From contig JAJRTW010000098.1 of assembly GCA_024278075.1 (NCBI GenBank), forward strand, positions 1 through 58,002: 58,002 nucleotides of DNA, read 5' to 3'. Positions 35,801 through 44,284 of this stretch are shown here, piece by piece. Under the pieces are notes generated by a model. It worked only from the letters and a program-made list of their open reading frames with translations, was not told the origin of the DNA and made no database searches. A program made the position numbers and the translations under genes. Position 1 is the stretch's first letter, and every line of letters begins with the position of its first letter. The stretch comes from Bacteroidota bacterium. Its GTDB lineage: Bacteria > Bacteroidota > Ignavibacteria > Kapaibacteriales > UBA2268.

Positions 35801-37743
35801 TAATCAATAATGGCGGCGACATTGTTGTTATCGATACTGCTTATGTTTATGACGAAGATGGCAATATCGTAGGCTATGTTAATCAATCAAGGCCAATCTG
35901 GATGCAGGCCGAGTATCTTGCCACTTATGATGGTGATGAACAAGGCTCGGATGCATTAGGCGTTGACTTTACAACCCGCGGACAGTTGAATATTAGAATT
36001 GACGCTGCCGAAGCTATGAGCATACTAACTCCGGACGGCCAGGCAAATAGCGCACTGAACACGGATACTACATTTAATATAGTAGTCAACGACGGCCATG
36101 GTGGCATGATAGTTAGAAACTTTGGTGTGTTTGTCAATGTTGCTCCGGTTATTATAACCGAATCATTGCCAGCGGCCAAAGAGGATTTTGACTATAACCT
36201 GAGAGACGGCCAAAACCTGCTTGATTCTAATAAAATGATTAAGATATTTGACCCGAACTTCGGACAGTCACATCTATTTGAATTGATTTATTCGGATTAT
36301 CCGGATGATGAAATCCCGAAAGATCCTTGCTATGAAGAAGCAGGAGTATGGGATGTATCAAATATGAAGACTACACCGGATTGGCTGAAAATAAATACCG
36401 AGAGCGGCCTGCTGTATGGAACTCCGAGAGTTACCGATGCGCCGAAAGACGAAATGGTGACAGTCCTTGTTACCGATGAAGACGGCCTGACGGTTGTTAA
36501 GCAGTTCGAGCTAAGGGTTGACTCCATTAACCATATACCAAGAATAGCTGCTATTCCTGAAGTTAAATGTGTTGATTTAGGCGGCGATTATATGGATACG
36601 CTAATTGTAGTTGACCATGACTTGCTCAGGCTTGACCCTGAAGTAGAAGAAGTTACAATTACAATAGAAAGCCCGGAAAACACAAGCCTGACTATCGAGC
36701 CAAGTACATTAACAGGGACTGCAATTAAAGATTCGATTCCTGTAATAATCTACTCCGACGGGCCGTTTACAGGAACACGCGATAATGATGGCAGGATTAC
36801 CATAATAGTCAGAGTCGACGACGGCGAGGCTTTCACCGACTTTACATTCAGGTTGAGAGTTTCCGATTCAACGAACTTTATCAGCACAATCAGGGTTGAA
36901 AACAGCATCGGTGCTTTTGAAGAACTTCAGTGGGGAACGGGCAATCATCCGGTAACAACTGGTGATGGCACTGACTTACTTGACAAAGGGCTGTTAGACG
37001 CAAATTATTGCGAATATGAATTGCCGCCACTTCCCACAAATGATGTCTTCGATGCAAGATGGACTATACCACTGAAAAATGGTATTGACCGGAGCGTATA
37101 TCCTACCGCACCATCACCGGGCAGGGCACAAAGATATCGCGGCAGCATTCAGGCCGGTGGTGTATCCGGCGGCGGATCTGCCTACTATCCGGTTACATTA
37201 TCCTGGGACAACATGGAAGTTCCGGATATGAATGATACCGAAAGCAATCCGAATGGAAGCACTTGGTACTTACGCGACCTTGCCTCCGACGGCGGATTGT
37301 TCAACATAAACATGAGAACCGGCGAAGGCCATTTCACAAGTGGTAATATTGAAGTGAACCAAAACGGTGATCAAACAGAAGTTATAATTCTGAGTAGTGA
37401 TATAGAGGCCTTTGTAATTTGGCGAGACCTGGAATCATCTACTCCGAAGGGTTACAATAATTCATTTGAAACAAATATTGTGTCAGTGAGCCCGAATCCA
37501 GTTGGAAGGTATGCACAGATCAATTATGAATTAGCACAAGCAAATGATGTAGCAATTGACATAGTAGATGTTCTTGGCAATGTTGTTAAGAGCATCGTAG
37601 GTGAATTCAAAATGTCAGGCCAACACTCAGCCCAATGGGATGGAGCAGATTTCTATGGCAGGCCATTATCAAATGGTGCATACATGGTGCGCATGACAGT
37701 CGGTGGATTTACATTTACTTATCCTATTGCAATTGTTAAATAA
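29803..37743 (+). CDS. Giant (2646 aa) multi-domain T9SS-secreted surface protein
   Basis: Signal peptide MQRLFRLSLFVVLMAVIAICDVSAQ. Many GGAIY/GGALY/GGAIT motifs typical of Pmp-type right-handed beta-helix repeats. Seven BNR/Ycf48-like blades (FTQGGSRW, TTDGGRNW, TSDAGNTW, TTDGGANW, TVDGGDNW, TEDGGDTW, TTDAGATW; about 32380-33200). Dystroglycan/cadherin-type Ig-like segment (TPDWLKINTESGLLYGTP). C-terminal T9SS CTD (VSVSPNPVGRYAQINYEL...GAYMVRMTVGGF). Confidence 0.85.
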   Translation: MQRLFRLSLFVVLMAVIAICDVSAQLPQAFISGRVAPGAVRILQKDTVYIINNDYVIGGTLIIEPGTDIYFYDNGRLIDSVGGRIIADGDAYANYTANPDGINPIATPGSPANPNGFSGYADLDYFLYSGGQSTVTAGTTRDLTVHPDKYDYLFNVKIQKSTRRIVDLQYPGTIGLPMNPDEVTIPFEQAVMFQAARLQNDPANDINLNIRPWQRIGGEDVDLESQTIRFYGQSVNPISREWGHIIILPGARAAFFRNCLFDNFRKDVTVDRFPIYDENAPGADWSAINTRMLMLTNGAGGAISTFSSRTWLLDCEFTNNMARHRGGALQLLQTPMGFPKVDISSLGYYPSNKNPNITNSDGSTSSIITGNPIPFIDNIDGSGITEPLSDYDRQAYDDGRLASYLGRMRNLRFTNNYTQIANIMFKQIGPIRVVTDDTDNPADFPLEYGDGAYGGAIYISGAEGDEDRSIEIGLGVNHSLLINGSIVNFPDFDTFEAAGNKANNYQSAMSTPGARGGAIYVGRYTSLIVAGSFNSNETYTKFLQDDQTGSNSGYYSMGGGIYAENTLGRLQVRGGPSRENYNNETEFIGNKAGAGGAIFVDGNTDPSPSPIIGGSDATVQIRNYGYGILFQDNEAASFGGALYSKRQFTINGAGGVEAGQLMGYGGKYPVRFLGNMAGYSGGAITVNLPNGNSIPAIQRSLQIVRASFRDNVVGLDIADLNKPEIRGGGAIYTLNGDLAVVKGVEFIDNTVYNGNGGAVAMVHPESSAERFFLSDLDVVVNDPATGVPTGFVSTDGPFTYDENVTYPADTRMLTRFIGNEIIVDQDILDSQSGTGTTQQGQGTFRTSALLHGTSWLNNDVGFAVGYDGTIIKFTQGGSRWEYQTSGTRYRLTSVEFVSNDIGFVGGDRGIILKTTDGGRNWNMMNTPTVNQVNDIVFIGTNLGFAACDNGTILMTSDAGNTWTGTQPESGDLHGVFFVNSTTGFAVGERGLIIKTTDGGANWSVQFVPGLNTGLNHVNFISADIGFIAGNGGVFVKTVDGGDNWEVIDAGVNYDLQSSYFTNQSIGYVVGNFGVALKTEDGGDTWTALDPNSNYSFYDVFFPSTNNGFMVGDWGTMLGTTDAGATWSEVKPGDESLVDVVRYHQEMRLPENGVGLGGAIYILDSVTVNRVNRVDSVRFNRVRIQDNRAFTGAAIYSDNFDLKLIFNKSLITNNVAWSTIGEEQNAIGGPVRYDSSGNISHNYASSDLAGAIIYGEIQGPLPSHLFSVAANSIYDNEARFLIRLPDAPNTKGVLAGQLGIGFGGTDTLRGNYWGRTEANVNLLVENVPGRLNVINETFFLAGDGESHLTYEYNPADPTQQGPFEFNAGYAYNPVPLLNDADENTADPLSIPEKLLMSGNIYDMYDKGTDIKTADYSKRRMTPIEDFSVGIPPMLRRFDDMDFPSNGKYVRRWVRDPFSVEATDDSGALLYPFMTDLQDEYRKNEDGDFYHPIGYPLYLETHADYDGLVERSNHDQVALNESVFFIINETTSDYIRVNLRQFDENAPNREIFRVRAELVPDSSQRNPNTTFRRTTEGLLNLGSGSNLLGKLADDAMTEDQATLQGRKYEASSSSFATVPQLFSNREFPTGNNNMATFFAGERFRALPVNVGDNVRIISRTVLWSEGVVPAYDDGISFRVVESTEPPVFTGNIVSLSSDVDTVYVPSQYPWKRELGLLDTIIKTEFLNRIWVTEDRRYPVAPGVYSVSLGDEAGRDSILTVTAIDSNSFYDPRAILTPDDYAKLTYTWRVAPSSGLRWWLQADQVKAGSTQWQNPRDDAEGYLMFRGIPTNPYVVPGGEIVEVGVSNYPPHWRTVDILRDANVDQDDIDQLVEIFPSYFNAETYDNEDARYVQQDTIDFGSNFTKEYQFELFVVDDLPRILEDGDEEVVSRYDSDGNPIGTVVEYVPSIYKCDRTDDGRLIANLTDKLRFQMDLNTDDELEDEAAENNWDFRFGRTSYGFQNVINNGGDIVVIDTAYVYDEDGNIVGYVNQSRPIWMQAEYLATYDGDEQGSDALGVDFTTRGQLNIRIDAAEAMSILTPDGQANSALNTDTTFNIVVNDGHGGMIVRNFGVFVNVAPVIITESLPAAKEDFDYNLRDGQNLLDSNKMIKIFDPNFGQSHLFELIYSDYPDDEIPKDPCYEEAGVWDVSNMKTTPDWLKINTESGLLYGTPRVTDAPKDEMVTVLVTDEDGLTVVKQFELRVDSINHIPRIAAIPEVKCVDLGGDYMDTLIVVDHDLLRLDPEVEEVTITIESPENTSLTIEPSTLTGTAIKDSIPVIIYSDGPFTGTRDNDGRITIIVRVDDGEAFTDFTFRLRVSDSTNFISTIRVENSIGAFEELQWGTGNHPVTTGDGTDLLDKGLLDANYCEYELPPLPTNDVFDARWTIPLKNGIDRSVYPTAPSPGRAQRYRGSIQAGGVSGGGSAYYPVTLSWDNMEVPDMNDTESNPNGSTWYLRDLASDGGLFNINMRTGEGHFTSGNIEVNQNGDQTEVIILSSDIEAFVIWRDLESSTPKGYNNSFETNIVSVSPNPVGRYAQINYELAQANDVAIDIVDVLGNVVKSIVGEFKMSGQHSAQWDGADFYGRPLSNGAYMVRMTVGGFTFTYPIAIVK

Positions 37744-37825
37744 ATCTACAAATGGCGGGCTCGCAAGGGCCTGCCGTATAAAAATTATGAAATCAAATAT
37801 TTTAAATAAAAATCGGAGTTATATA

Positions 37826-39673
37826 ATGAAAAGATTTCTATTGTTTGCTGTAGGTGCTGCTATGATAATTAGCCTGGCATTTACACAGCAACGCCTGAAG
37901 GCTCAGGTCTATGGTGAGTTTAATGATGTGACTATCAGCTTTGGGTCATATACTGAGATTCCGTCAGGCTCTAAGGATATATTGCAGCCAACTGAATTTG
38001 ATATTCCTCCATTTGTTGATCCGCCTGATATGGACGATGGCTACGCAAGGATTGAAATTGGATTTGACTTCGGATTCAATTCTGATGTGTACAATACTGT
38101 TTGGGTTTGTGTTAACGGTTTCATTACTTTTAATGAACCGTTATATACAAGGGCTGATGTATCACGTGGCCTATTTATTGACGAACCGTCAACATATCCG
38201 AGAAACGTAGTTGCCCCATACTGGGGAGACCACGTTTACAGAACCGAAGATGAAAGATTTGACGACTGGATGCCATCAGAAATATCTTATGGCTTGTCAA
38301 ATAATGACAGCATTCTGACTATCCAATGGAAGAACCTTAATATTAACGACAAAACAGTTCGTTCGAGTGTAGGCAATTTCCAGGTAAAACTCTACAGATC
38401 AAAAGACCCAATATCCCCGCAAGGCAATATTGAATTTTGCTACGGGACAGTTGGCGGCAATCCATATACTACTTTAAATACCGTCATTACACGTGGCGCT
38501 TCGGTTGGGGTAAAGGGCGAATCGAATGACTACCTGAACGGATTGTTTTTTAATACCGACATCTTGCAGGCGCGTTCGAATGAGACATATACTAATTTAT
38601 GGCCGCCATCGGAAGGCACAGACCGCAGAATCCTCTTTGATGCCGAGATACGACGTAACATCGAAGAATGGTGGGGCGATGGCGATGCCGATTTTTCCAA
38701 AGCAGAGGGCGAACGTGATTTTGGAAAAGCACAGAACGGTTTCGTTACTATTAATGATGTTCTAAAAATAGTTCGTGCTTCTGCCACGGGAATACCGCTC
38801 GACAGTGTAAGAAGAAGAGAAGCATACCACGGCGATGTTAACCACAACGGCCGCTACTACTATGATAATGCCGGTGTTCGTACCGACATTCCCTGGAAAG
38901 ATATGAAATACTGGGACAATCTGCCGGAAGGAATCAACAGTATCAAGAGAATATTCTATCAAACAACAGAATACGATGCAAGTTTAATTCTGCATTATCT
39001 TGGCGCAAGGGTTCCGGAGTTGCCATGGCTGCTTGACAGCTTCCCGCAATACGGAAAAATCACCGTTGATGAGAATAAAGCCAATGGCATTAAAGTAGGT
39101 GCGGTAAATAATGAAGGTAATAATATTTATACTATACCTATTTATCTTAATGGCTATTTCGACGGCCCGGTAGCATCTAAATTCACACTTAACACAGATG
39201 TTATCGATGTGACGGCAAATAAGTCCGACGGCAATCAGGTATCAGCGGTTTATCATGGCTCTACGGTTGTTATAGCAGCTTCGGGTGAATTTGATGCTTC
39301 AAGGCCTATCTGCATTGTTAAGATAAGGGCAAATGCAAAAGAAGTTAGTATCAATAATATTAGGTTCAATGATGCAAACATTGGCAATATTAGCGGTATT
39401 ATCTCCGAAACAGATGATATGGCTGGCGAAATGCTAATACTTGATTCTTACTCACAGTTGTTATATGTAAATGTTGATGAAGATATTCCTTACGAATTAA
39501 TCGTAATTGACCTTCTCGGCAATACTGTAAAAACATTCGATACTTCGGCCAAAGGCCCGTATTTTTGGGATGGCGCCGATAATAACGGAAACATAGTTCA
39601 AAGCGGAGTTTATATCTACCGCCTGATTGGCGAAGGTATTTCTGTTTCGAAGAAAATGATAATGAACAGATAG
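37826..39673 (+). CDS. T9SS cargo protein with NIDO-like, dockerin-like and cohesin-like modules
   Basis: Start moved to MKRFLLFAVGAAMIISLAFTQQ (GGAG RBS 8 nt upstream). IGFDFGFNSDVYNTVWVCVNGFITFNEP...VVAPYWGDH resembles NIDO domains. WWGDGDADFSK...TINDVLKIVRAS...HGDVNHNGR resembles a dockerin Ca-binding repeat. C-terminal CTD (ELIVIDLLGNTV...GVYIYRLIGEG). Confidence 0.7.
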   Translation: MKRFLLFAVGAAMIISLAFTQQRLKAQVYGEFNDVTISFGSYTEIPSGSKDILQPTEFDIPPFVDPPDMDDGYARIEIGFDFGFNSDVYNTVWVCVNGFITFNEPLYTRADVSRGLFIDEPSTYPRNVVAPYWGDHVYRTEDERFDDWMPSEISYGLSNNDSILTIQWKNLNINDKTVRSSVGNFQVKLYRSKDPISPQGNIEFCYGTVGGNPYTTLNTVITRGASVGVKGESNDYLNGLFFNTDILQARSNETYTNLWPPSEGTDRRILFDAEIRRNIEEWWGDGDADFSKAEGERDFGKAQNGFVTINDVLKIVRASATGIPLDSVRRREAYHGDVNHNGRYYYDNAGVRTDIPWKDMKYWDNLPEGINSIKRIFYQTTEYDASLILHYLGARVPELPWLLDSFPQYGKITVDENKANGIKVGAVNNEGNNIYTIPIYLNGYFDGPVASKFTLNTDVIDVTANKSDGNQVSAVYHGSTVVIAASGEFDASRPICIVKIRANAKEVSINNIRFNDANIGNISGIISETDDMAGEMLILDSYSQLLYVNVDEDIPYELIVIDLLGNTVKTFDTSAKGPYFWDGADNNGNIVQSGVYIYRLIGEGISVSKKMIMNR

Positions 39674-39675
39674 AA

Positions 39676-40914
39676 TTGATTAGATCAGGTTTTATATATA
39701 CGATTTTCTGGCTGCTGCTTATGACAGGTGGCAGCCCGGAAGTTGTCGGCCAAGAAGAGATAATTGCCAGGCTGGATAGTTATTATAAAATTAATGTTTG
39801 CGGAAACCGGAAAGAAGCATTAATACTTGTGGAAATTGGCCCGGTAGCCAGATCGGACTCACTGATCGGATTTGATTTCGAGGTATCCTTCGATTCAACG
39901 AAATTCAAATTCAGCCCGGTGCCAATCACAATTTCCACTATGGCAGAGTTCTTTGAATTTGTTAATATAAGACAAGACCCGTTAGATAAGAGCATTTTAA
40001 CTGGCTACGGGGTTAACCTTAGCTTCAGGCCGGTGGCCGGCAACGGAAGGTTAATTGGGTTCATTGGGGATTATATAGGGCCGGAGTGTCCGGATACGAG
40101 TATTATTAATTTTGTTAGTATAAACTTTAATGAAGAGTTCAAGAGGGAAGTTGTTGGATATGAAGACGGGGTGGTTGTCAGCTATATTAAGGACGACGAC
40201 ATGCTGCTTTATGTTGATATACTCAGCGATTCCTTGAAATTCAAGGATACGACAACTGTTGAGCTAATCGCTGAGATTGTAACAAGCGATACTGAGAAGC
40301 TCGATTTTGCTGAATTTGAAATTGAAGTGGCCGCCGCAGCTAATTATGATATATCTGAAGTAAACCCAATATCGGGTGATATTGAAATAAGCGAATTCTC
40401 AAAGCTAAATGGCAAATACTATTTTCGGGTTGACTTCGCAGGCGCAATCCTTGGGAATCAAAAGATAGCATTAATTGTCAATGAGGTAAAAAAGGATTCG
40501 ATAGTTACCTCGCTGACAATTAATCCGATAAAAGTAAATGAATGTGCCTGCATTACGAATTTAGAGGGCGACAGTTCATTTCTGGAAAGTTTCAAAGCCG
40601 CCACAGATACTACAACTGCAGTTGCGGATAATAGAGAAGAGAAAGACAAGATTGAAGCATATTACGACAGTTATAGCAACAAAATAGTAGTTAAAAGCGA
40701 AAATAATCTGATATATAAAGTCAGAATTTACGATTTGCAGGGACGATTGGCTGGGAGTTTCGGTGATGAGAATTATAATGATGAGAATTATAGAAATGGA
40801 AATTATAGTAATTATGTAGAATATGAAAGCGATCATTTGGGTAGAGGTGTTTATATTCTGGTAGTTACTCAATCAAACATGAAAATATATAAAATTGTTT
40901 TAGTAATAAATTAA
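39676..40914 (+). CDS. T9SS-CTD protein with N-terminal cohesin-like module
   Basis: 412-aa ORF, TTG start 2 nt after the upstream stop, hydrophobic N-terminus. SLIGFDFEVSFDSTKFKF resembles the cohesin signature strand. C-terminal KVRIYDLQGRL...GVYILVV CTD interrupted by a low-complexity ENYNDENYRNGNYSNY stretch. Confidence 0.6.
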   Translation: MIRSGFIYTIFWLLLMTGGSPEVVGQEEIIARLDSYYKINVCGNRKEALILVEIGPVARSDSLIGFDFEVSFDSTKFKFSPVPITISTMAEFFEFVNIRQDPLDKSILTGYGVNLSFRPVAGNGRLIGFIGDYIGPECPDTSIINFVSINFNEEFKREVVGYEDGVVVSYIKDDDMLLYVDILSDSLKFKDTTTVELIAEIVTSDTEKLDFAEFEIEVAAAANYDISEVNPISGDIEISEFSKLNGKYYFRVDFAGAILGNQKIALIVNEVKKDSIVTSLTINPIKVNECACITNLEGDSSFLESFKAATDTTTAVADNREEKDKIEAYYDSYSNKIVVKSENNLIYKVRIYDLQGRLAGSFGDENYNDENYRNGNYSNYVEYESDHLGRGVYILVVTQSNMKIYKIVLVIN

Positions 40915-40948
40915 TTTTTTTAGTTCAATTAATACTTATGAGGTCCTT

Positions 40949-43900
40949 ATGACAAAATTAAGTTTACTTAGCAGAGGAAGCCGCATTGCTTTCGCACTGG
41001 TGCTTGTATTCGGCATTATGCTTGCCACAGTCGATAATGCGCATTCTCAAAGGCCAACAATACCGTATCTGAGTTTGACCGGTGTTGACGGCAGTTATGA
41101 CGATAATTGGTACCCCGACGGGCGAATTTGGCTGCCGCAATCAGCAAATGGCCCGCGTGAGTTCTTACTGCCCATATTCATGGATAACCGTTGGGCAACA
41201 TATCCGGAAACTGCTGACCGCTATGTGGCAGACCCAATTTACAGTTTCCAGTTCAAGGTTCTCTACGATTCGTCCGCTCTAAGAGCAATCGGTGTTCAGA
41301 AATTCCATCCGATTACCAAAGAGTACTATGACGCATATGATGATAGAAGGTTCTTCGAATGGTACGAGCCGCTGGCACAGGATTTTAACATATCGTGGTA
41401 TGACGACAGAGATTTTAGTTATAGATTATACCTGAACCCTCTTACTCCGAGACAGGATTATGAGAAAGGCCGCGGTATAACTATTTCCGGTACATCCAGC
41501 CAACCACTCCCGAATACTGACCTCGACAATAGGGAATGGAAAGTTTTGCTTTACATAAAATTCCGTGTGGTACCTAAAGTTGGCGGACAAATGGGAACGG
41601 CACAAAATACACCTATAATTATTTCTAACGATACCATCAGGTACAATGACTTGATTGTAACAAAAGTTGCACCATTCACCCACATGAGAGATTACGATCC
41701 TCAAGTAGCGATTCAATACCCGGATCCGAATATTGAAACCGGTATCGAAGGTGTGCGAAATGATGACAAGGATGAAATCTGGCCGATAGAACCGACTCTT
41801 CCCGGCGTTATTTATTTAAGATTAATGGGTAGTTTGCCTGATTTCGATTTCGAACTTTTACGAGGTATCGGCTCACAGCCAGCAATCGAGAAATTATCTA
41901 CTGAATTATGGTATGTGGTTGATCCGATAACAATTGACTCGGCAGATACGTATGATCTTTTTCGCCCCATTGGACAGAGGATAGTTCAGGTATTGAATAA
42001 AACCATATCTTCAAGATTGAATCATATAGAAATTGAATCTGATTCGCCGTGGCTACAGTTCAGAACTGTGGATTTTGGCAGTAACTTTATGGTGCCGAAT
42101 CCAATACCCCTGCCTACCACTTATGGCAAGATCGATTATATTGATAATAATATCCTCGGAACTGAAAAGGATCCTCGGGCTGAGGAGACGGTAGACGATG
42201 GCGAGGTGCACCTGGAAATAATATTCGACCCATCTGCCTTGAACCTCGGAGATGATGAAGGAGACCCGGAGAAAACAGGCATCTACGTCGGCTATATAAC
42301 ATTCAAATCGCCCTATGCTTTGATAAATCCGATTAGAATGCGTGTCACATGTATATACTTTAGAAATCCGGTCGAAGGTGATTTCAGGACAGCGTCGGAT
42401 CCGGGAATTGAATTGTTTATTAAGAACTCGAATCCAGTGATAGAGAGGTCTCAATTGATCTTCGGTACCGGCCACCGTGCGTCCGATGGCGTCGATTCCT
42501 TATTCGGAGAATATGCATACGAATATCCGATTGGCGGATTCGGTGCAAGATTCATTCCTAAGGATAAAGATGGTAATGATATGACACTATTCGGACTCGG
42601 AGACTTTAATTCGAATGACGAAATGCCACGCTCTGATTCACGCGACATCCGAAGCAATACCGATACGACCGAATCTATTAAATACCTGGTTCGTTTCGAT
42701 GCAGATGGCGATGAAAATTATCCTGTTATTCTTGAATGGGATATTCGTGACTTCATTGAAGGTTCACAATTATTTATCAGAGATACTATGAACGGTGCGC
42801 TTTTCCCAAGTGTTAATATGCGCAATGCTACCGGCCAAGGGCCAACCAAGCGTTCATTTACTATTCAAGATCCCCGAATTACTTCTTTTGTTATCGAATA
42901 TACTCTTCCGCGGGTTATCGACTATGTGGATGAATACGGCGTGCCGATTATTAAGCCGGGCTGGAACTTGCTGTCTTTGCCGGTTAAGCCGACTAACAGT
43001 ACTTGGGATGTATTCTATCCGAATGCTATTAACAGGCCATTCTACTTCTCGCAAAACCAATATCAGGACGAAAATGTTCTTAGAGAAGGCATTGGCTATT
43101 TTGTGAAATATAGCACTACGGTAGATATTCAGTTTGCCGGTACTTTTATTTCGAAAATATCACTGCTAACAGGCAATTCACCGCTGCTGTATCCTGGCGA
43201 TGCCGGTATGGATGGTGGATGGAATACCGTTGGCAGCTGCTCTGGCCCCGTAAATGTTGAAGACATCGGCTTCGACAATGACGGCAACGAAAGGCCATCG
43301 CGCGACTATGTGCAACGCCATGGCGTTTATGGCTATTTCACTAACGAAGGGTACAAGGAAGTATCTGTTATGGAACCTGGCCTGGGTTATTGGCTTAAGG
43401 TTGATGAGCATGGCTACCTGAATATTGAAGCCTCGAGAGGCAAAGTTGCTTCTTCGTTCAATAACGGCAAAGCAGATGTATTGGCCGCCAGTGCTAAGGT
43501 TATGATTCGCGATAACGATCAAAACGTTGGCACCGTCTATATGTCCACCGATAGAGATGTGCAATTGAATTACTTCGAACTGCCGCCTGCAATGCGCAAT
43601 ATGTTTGATATTCGCTTTGCAAGCAATGGCAATCTCGAAAATTCAAATACTTCGATTATTAATTTGAGCGGTGTAACGTATCCATTATCAATTTCGATTG
43701 ACAATGCTGATGCTGATTATACTTTCTATGATAATATATCCGGTAAGGAATTAGGCACTATCAGGAAAGGCTCAAATGATATTATTGAAATAATCGAGGA
43801 AACATCAAATAATATCAGAGTTAATAGAAATGTTGAAGATCAAGAGGGTTCATTTGGCATATCGAGCTATCCTAACCCTGCAACAGATGCAACTTCAACT

Positions 43901-44113
43901 ATTAGCTTCTCAATTGCTGAAAACAGCTACGTCACGGTTAAGATATACAATGAAATTGGAATCGAAGTTCTTACTTTAGTCGATGAATTCCGGACGTCAG
44001 GCGAATACTCTGAACCATTATTTACTAACTTATTACCCGCAAGCGGCAGTTATATTTGCAAACTTACAGCCGGCAACAGCACAAAAATTACAAGGATTGT
44101 TGTTGTAAAATAA
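40949..44113 (+). CDS. Large (1054 aa) T9SS cargo protein of unknown function
   Basis: Signal peptide. N-terminal cohesin-like segment (IYSFQFKVLYDSSALRAIGV). C-terminal SSYPNPATDATSTISFSI...VKIYNEIGIEV...GSYICKL T9SS CTD. Confidence 0.75.
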   Translation: MTKLSLLSRGSRIAFALVLVFGIMLATVDNAHSQRPTIPYLSLTGVDGSYDDNWYPDGRIWLPQSANGPREFLLPIFMDNRWATYPETADRYVADPIYSFQFKVLYDSSALRAIGVQKFHPITKEYYDAYDDRRFFEWYEPLAQDFNISWYDDRDFSYRLYLNPLTPRQDYEKGRGITISGTSSQPLPNTDLDNREWKVLLYIKFRVVPKVGGQMGTAQNTPIIISNDTIRYNDLIVTKVAPFTHMRDYDPQVAIQYPDPNIETGIEGVRNDDKDEIWPIEPTLPGVIYLRLMGSLPDFDFELLRGIGSQPAIEKLSTELWYVVDPITIDSADTYDLFRPIGQRIVQVLNKTISSRLNHIEIESDSPWLQFRTVDFGSNFMVPNPIPLPTTYGKIDYIDNNILGTEKDPRAEETVDDGEVHLEIIFDPSALNLGDDEGDPEKTGIYVGYITFKSPYALINPIRMRVTCIYFRNPVEGDFRTASDPGIELFIKNSNPVIERSQLIFGTGHRASDGVDSLFGEYAYEYPIGGFGARFIPKDKDGNDMTLFGLGDFNSNDEMPRSDSRDIRSNTDTTESIKYLVRFDADGDENYPVILEWDIRDFIEGSQLFIRDTMNGALFPSVNMRNATGQGPTKRSFTIQDPRITSFVIEYTLPRVIDYVDEYGVPIIKPGWNLLSLPVKPTNSTWDVFYPNAINRPFYFSQNQYQDENVLREGIGYFVKYSTTVDIQFAGTFISKISLLTGNSPLLYPGDAGMDGGWNTVGSCSGPVNVEDIGFDNDGNERPSRDYVQRHGVYGYFTNEGYKEVSVMEPGLGYWLKVDEHGYLNIEASRGKVASSFNNGKADVLAASAKVMIRDNDQNVGTVYMSTDRDVQLNYFELPPAMRNMFDIRFASNGNLENSNTSIINLSGVTYPLSISIDNADADYTFYDNISGKELGTIRKGSNDIIEIIEETSNNIRVNRNVEDQEGSFGISSYPNPATDATSTISFSIAENSYVTVKIYNEIGIEVLTLVDEFRTSGEYSEPLFTNLLPASGSYICKLTAGNSTKITRIVVVK

Positions 44114-44151
44114 GCAAAAGTAAATATTTAGTGTTGATTTTTATGATAGTA

Positions 44152-44190
44152 AATGGGCGGCATCAATATGTTGCCCATTTGTTTTATTTA
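44152..44190 (+). terminator. Candidate Rho-independent terminator
   Basis: AAATGGGC-N14-GCCCATTT stem followed by the T-rich GTTTTATTT, about 40 nt after the stop at 44113. Confidence 0.45.
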
Positions 44191-44284
44191 ATGTAATTTC
44201 AACAACGATTGTATTTTTGTCGAAAGAAATATCAACAATTCGTATTAAACTGTAATCTAAGAACATATCAATTGTTATTATAAT

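Noticed and set aside
37703-37825. N-terminal 41 codons of the track ORF 37703-39673
   Set aside because: They overlap the end of the giant gene and contain no signal peptide. A GGAG RBS and a typical signal peptide (MKRFLLFAVGAAMIISLAF) begin at 37826, so the start was moved.
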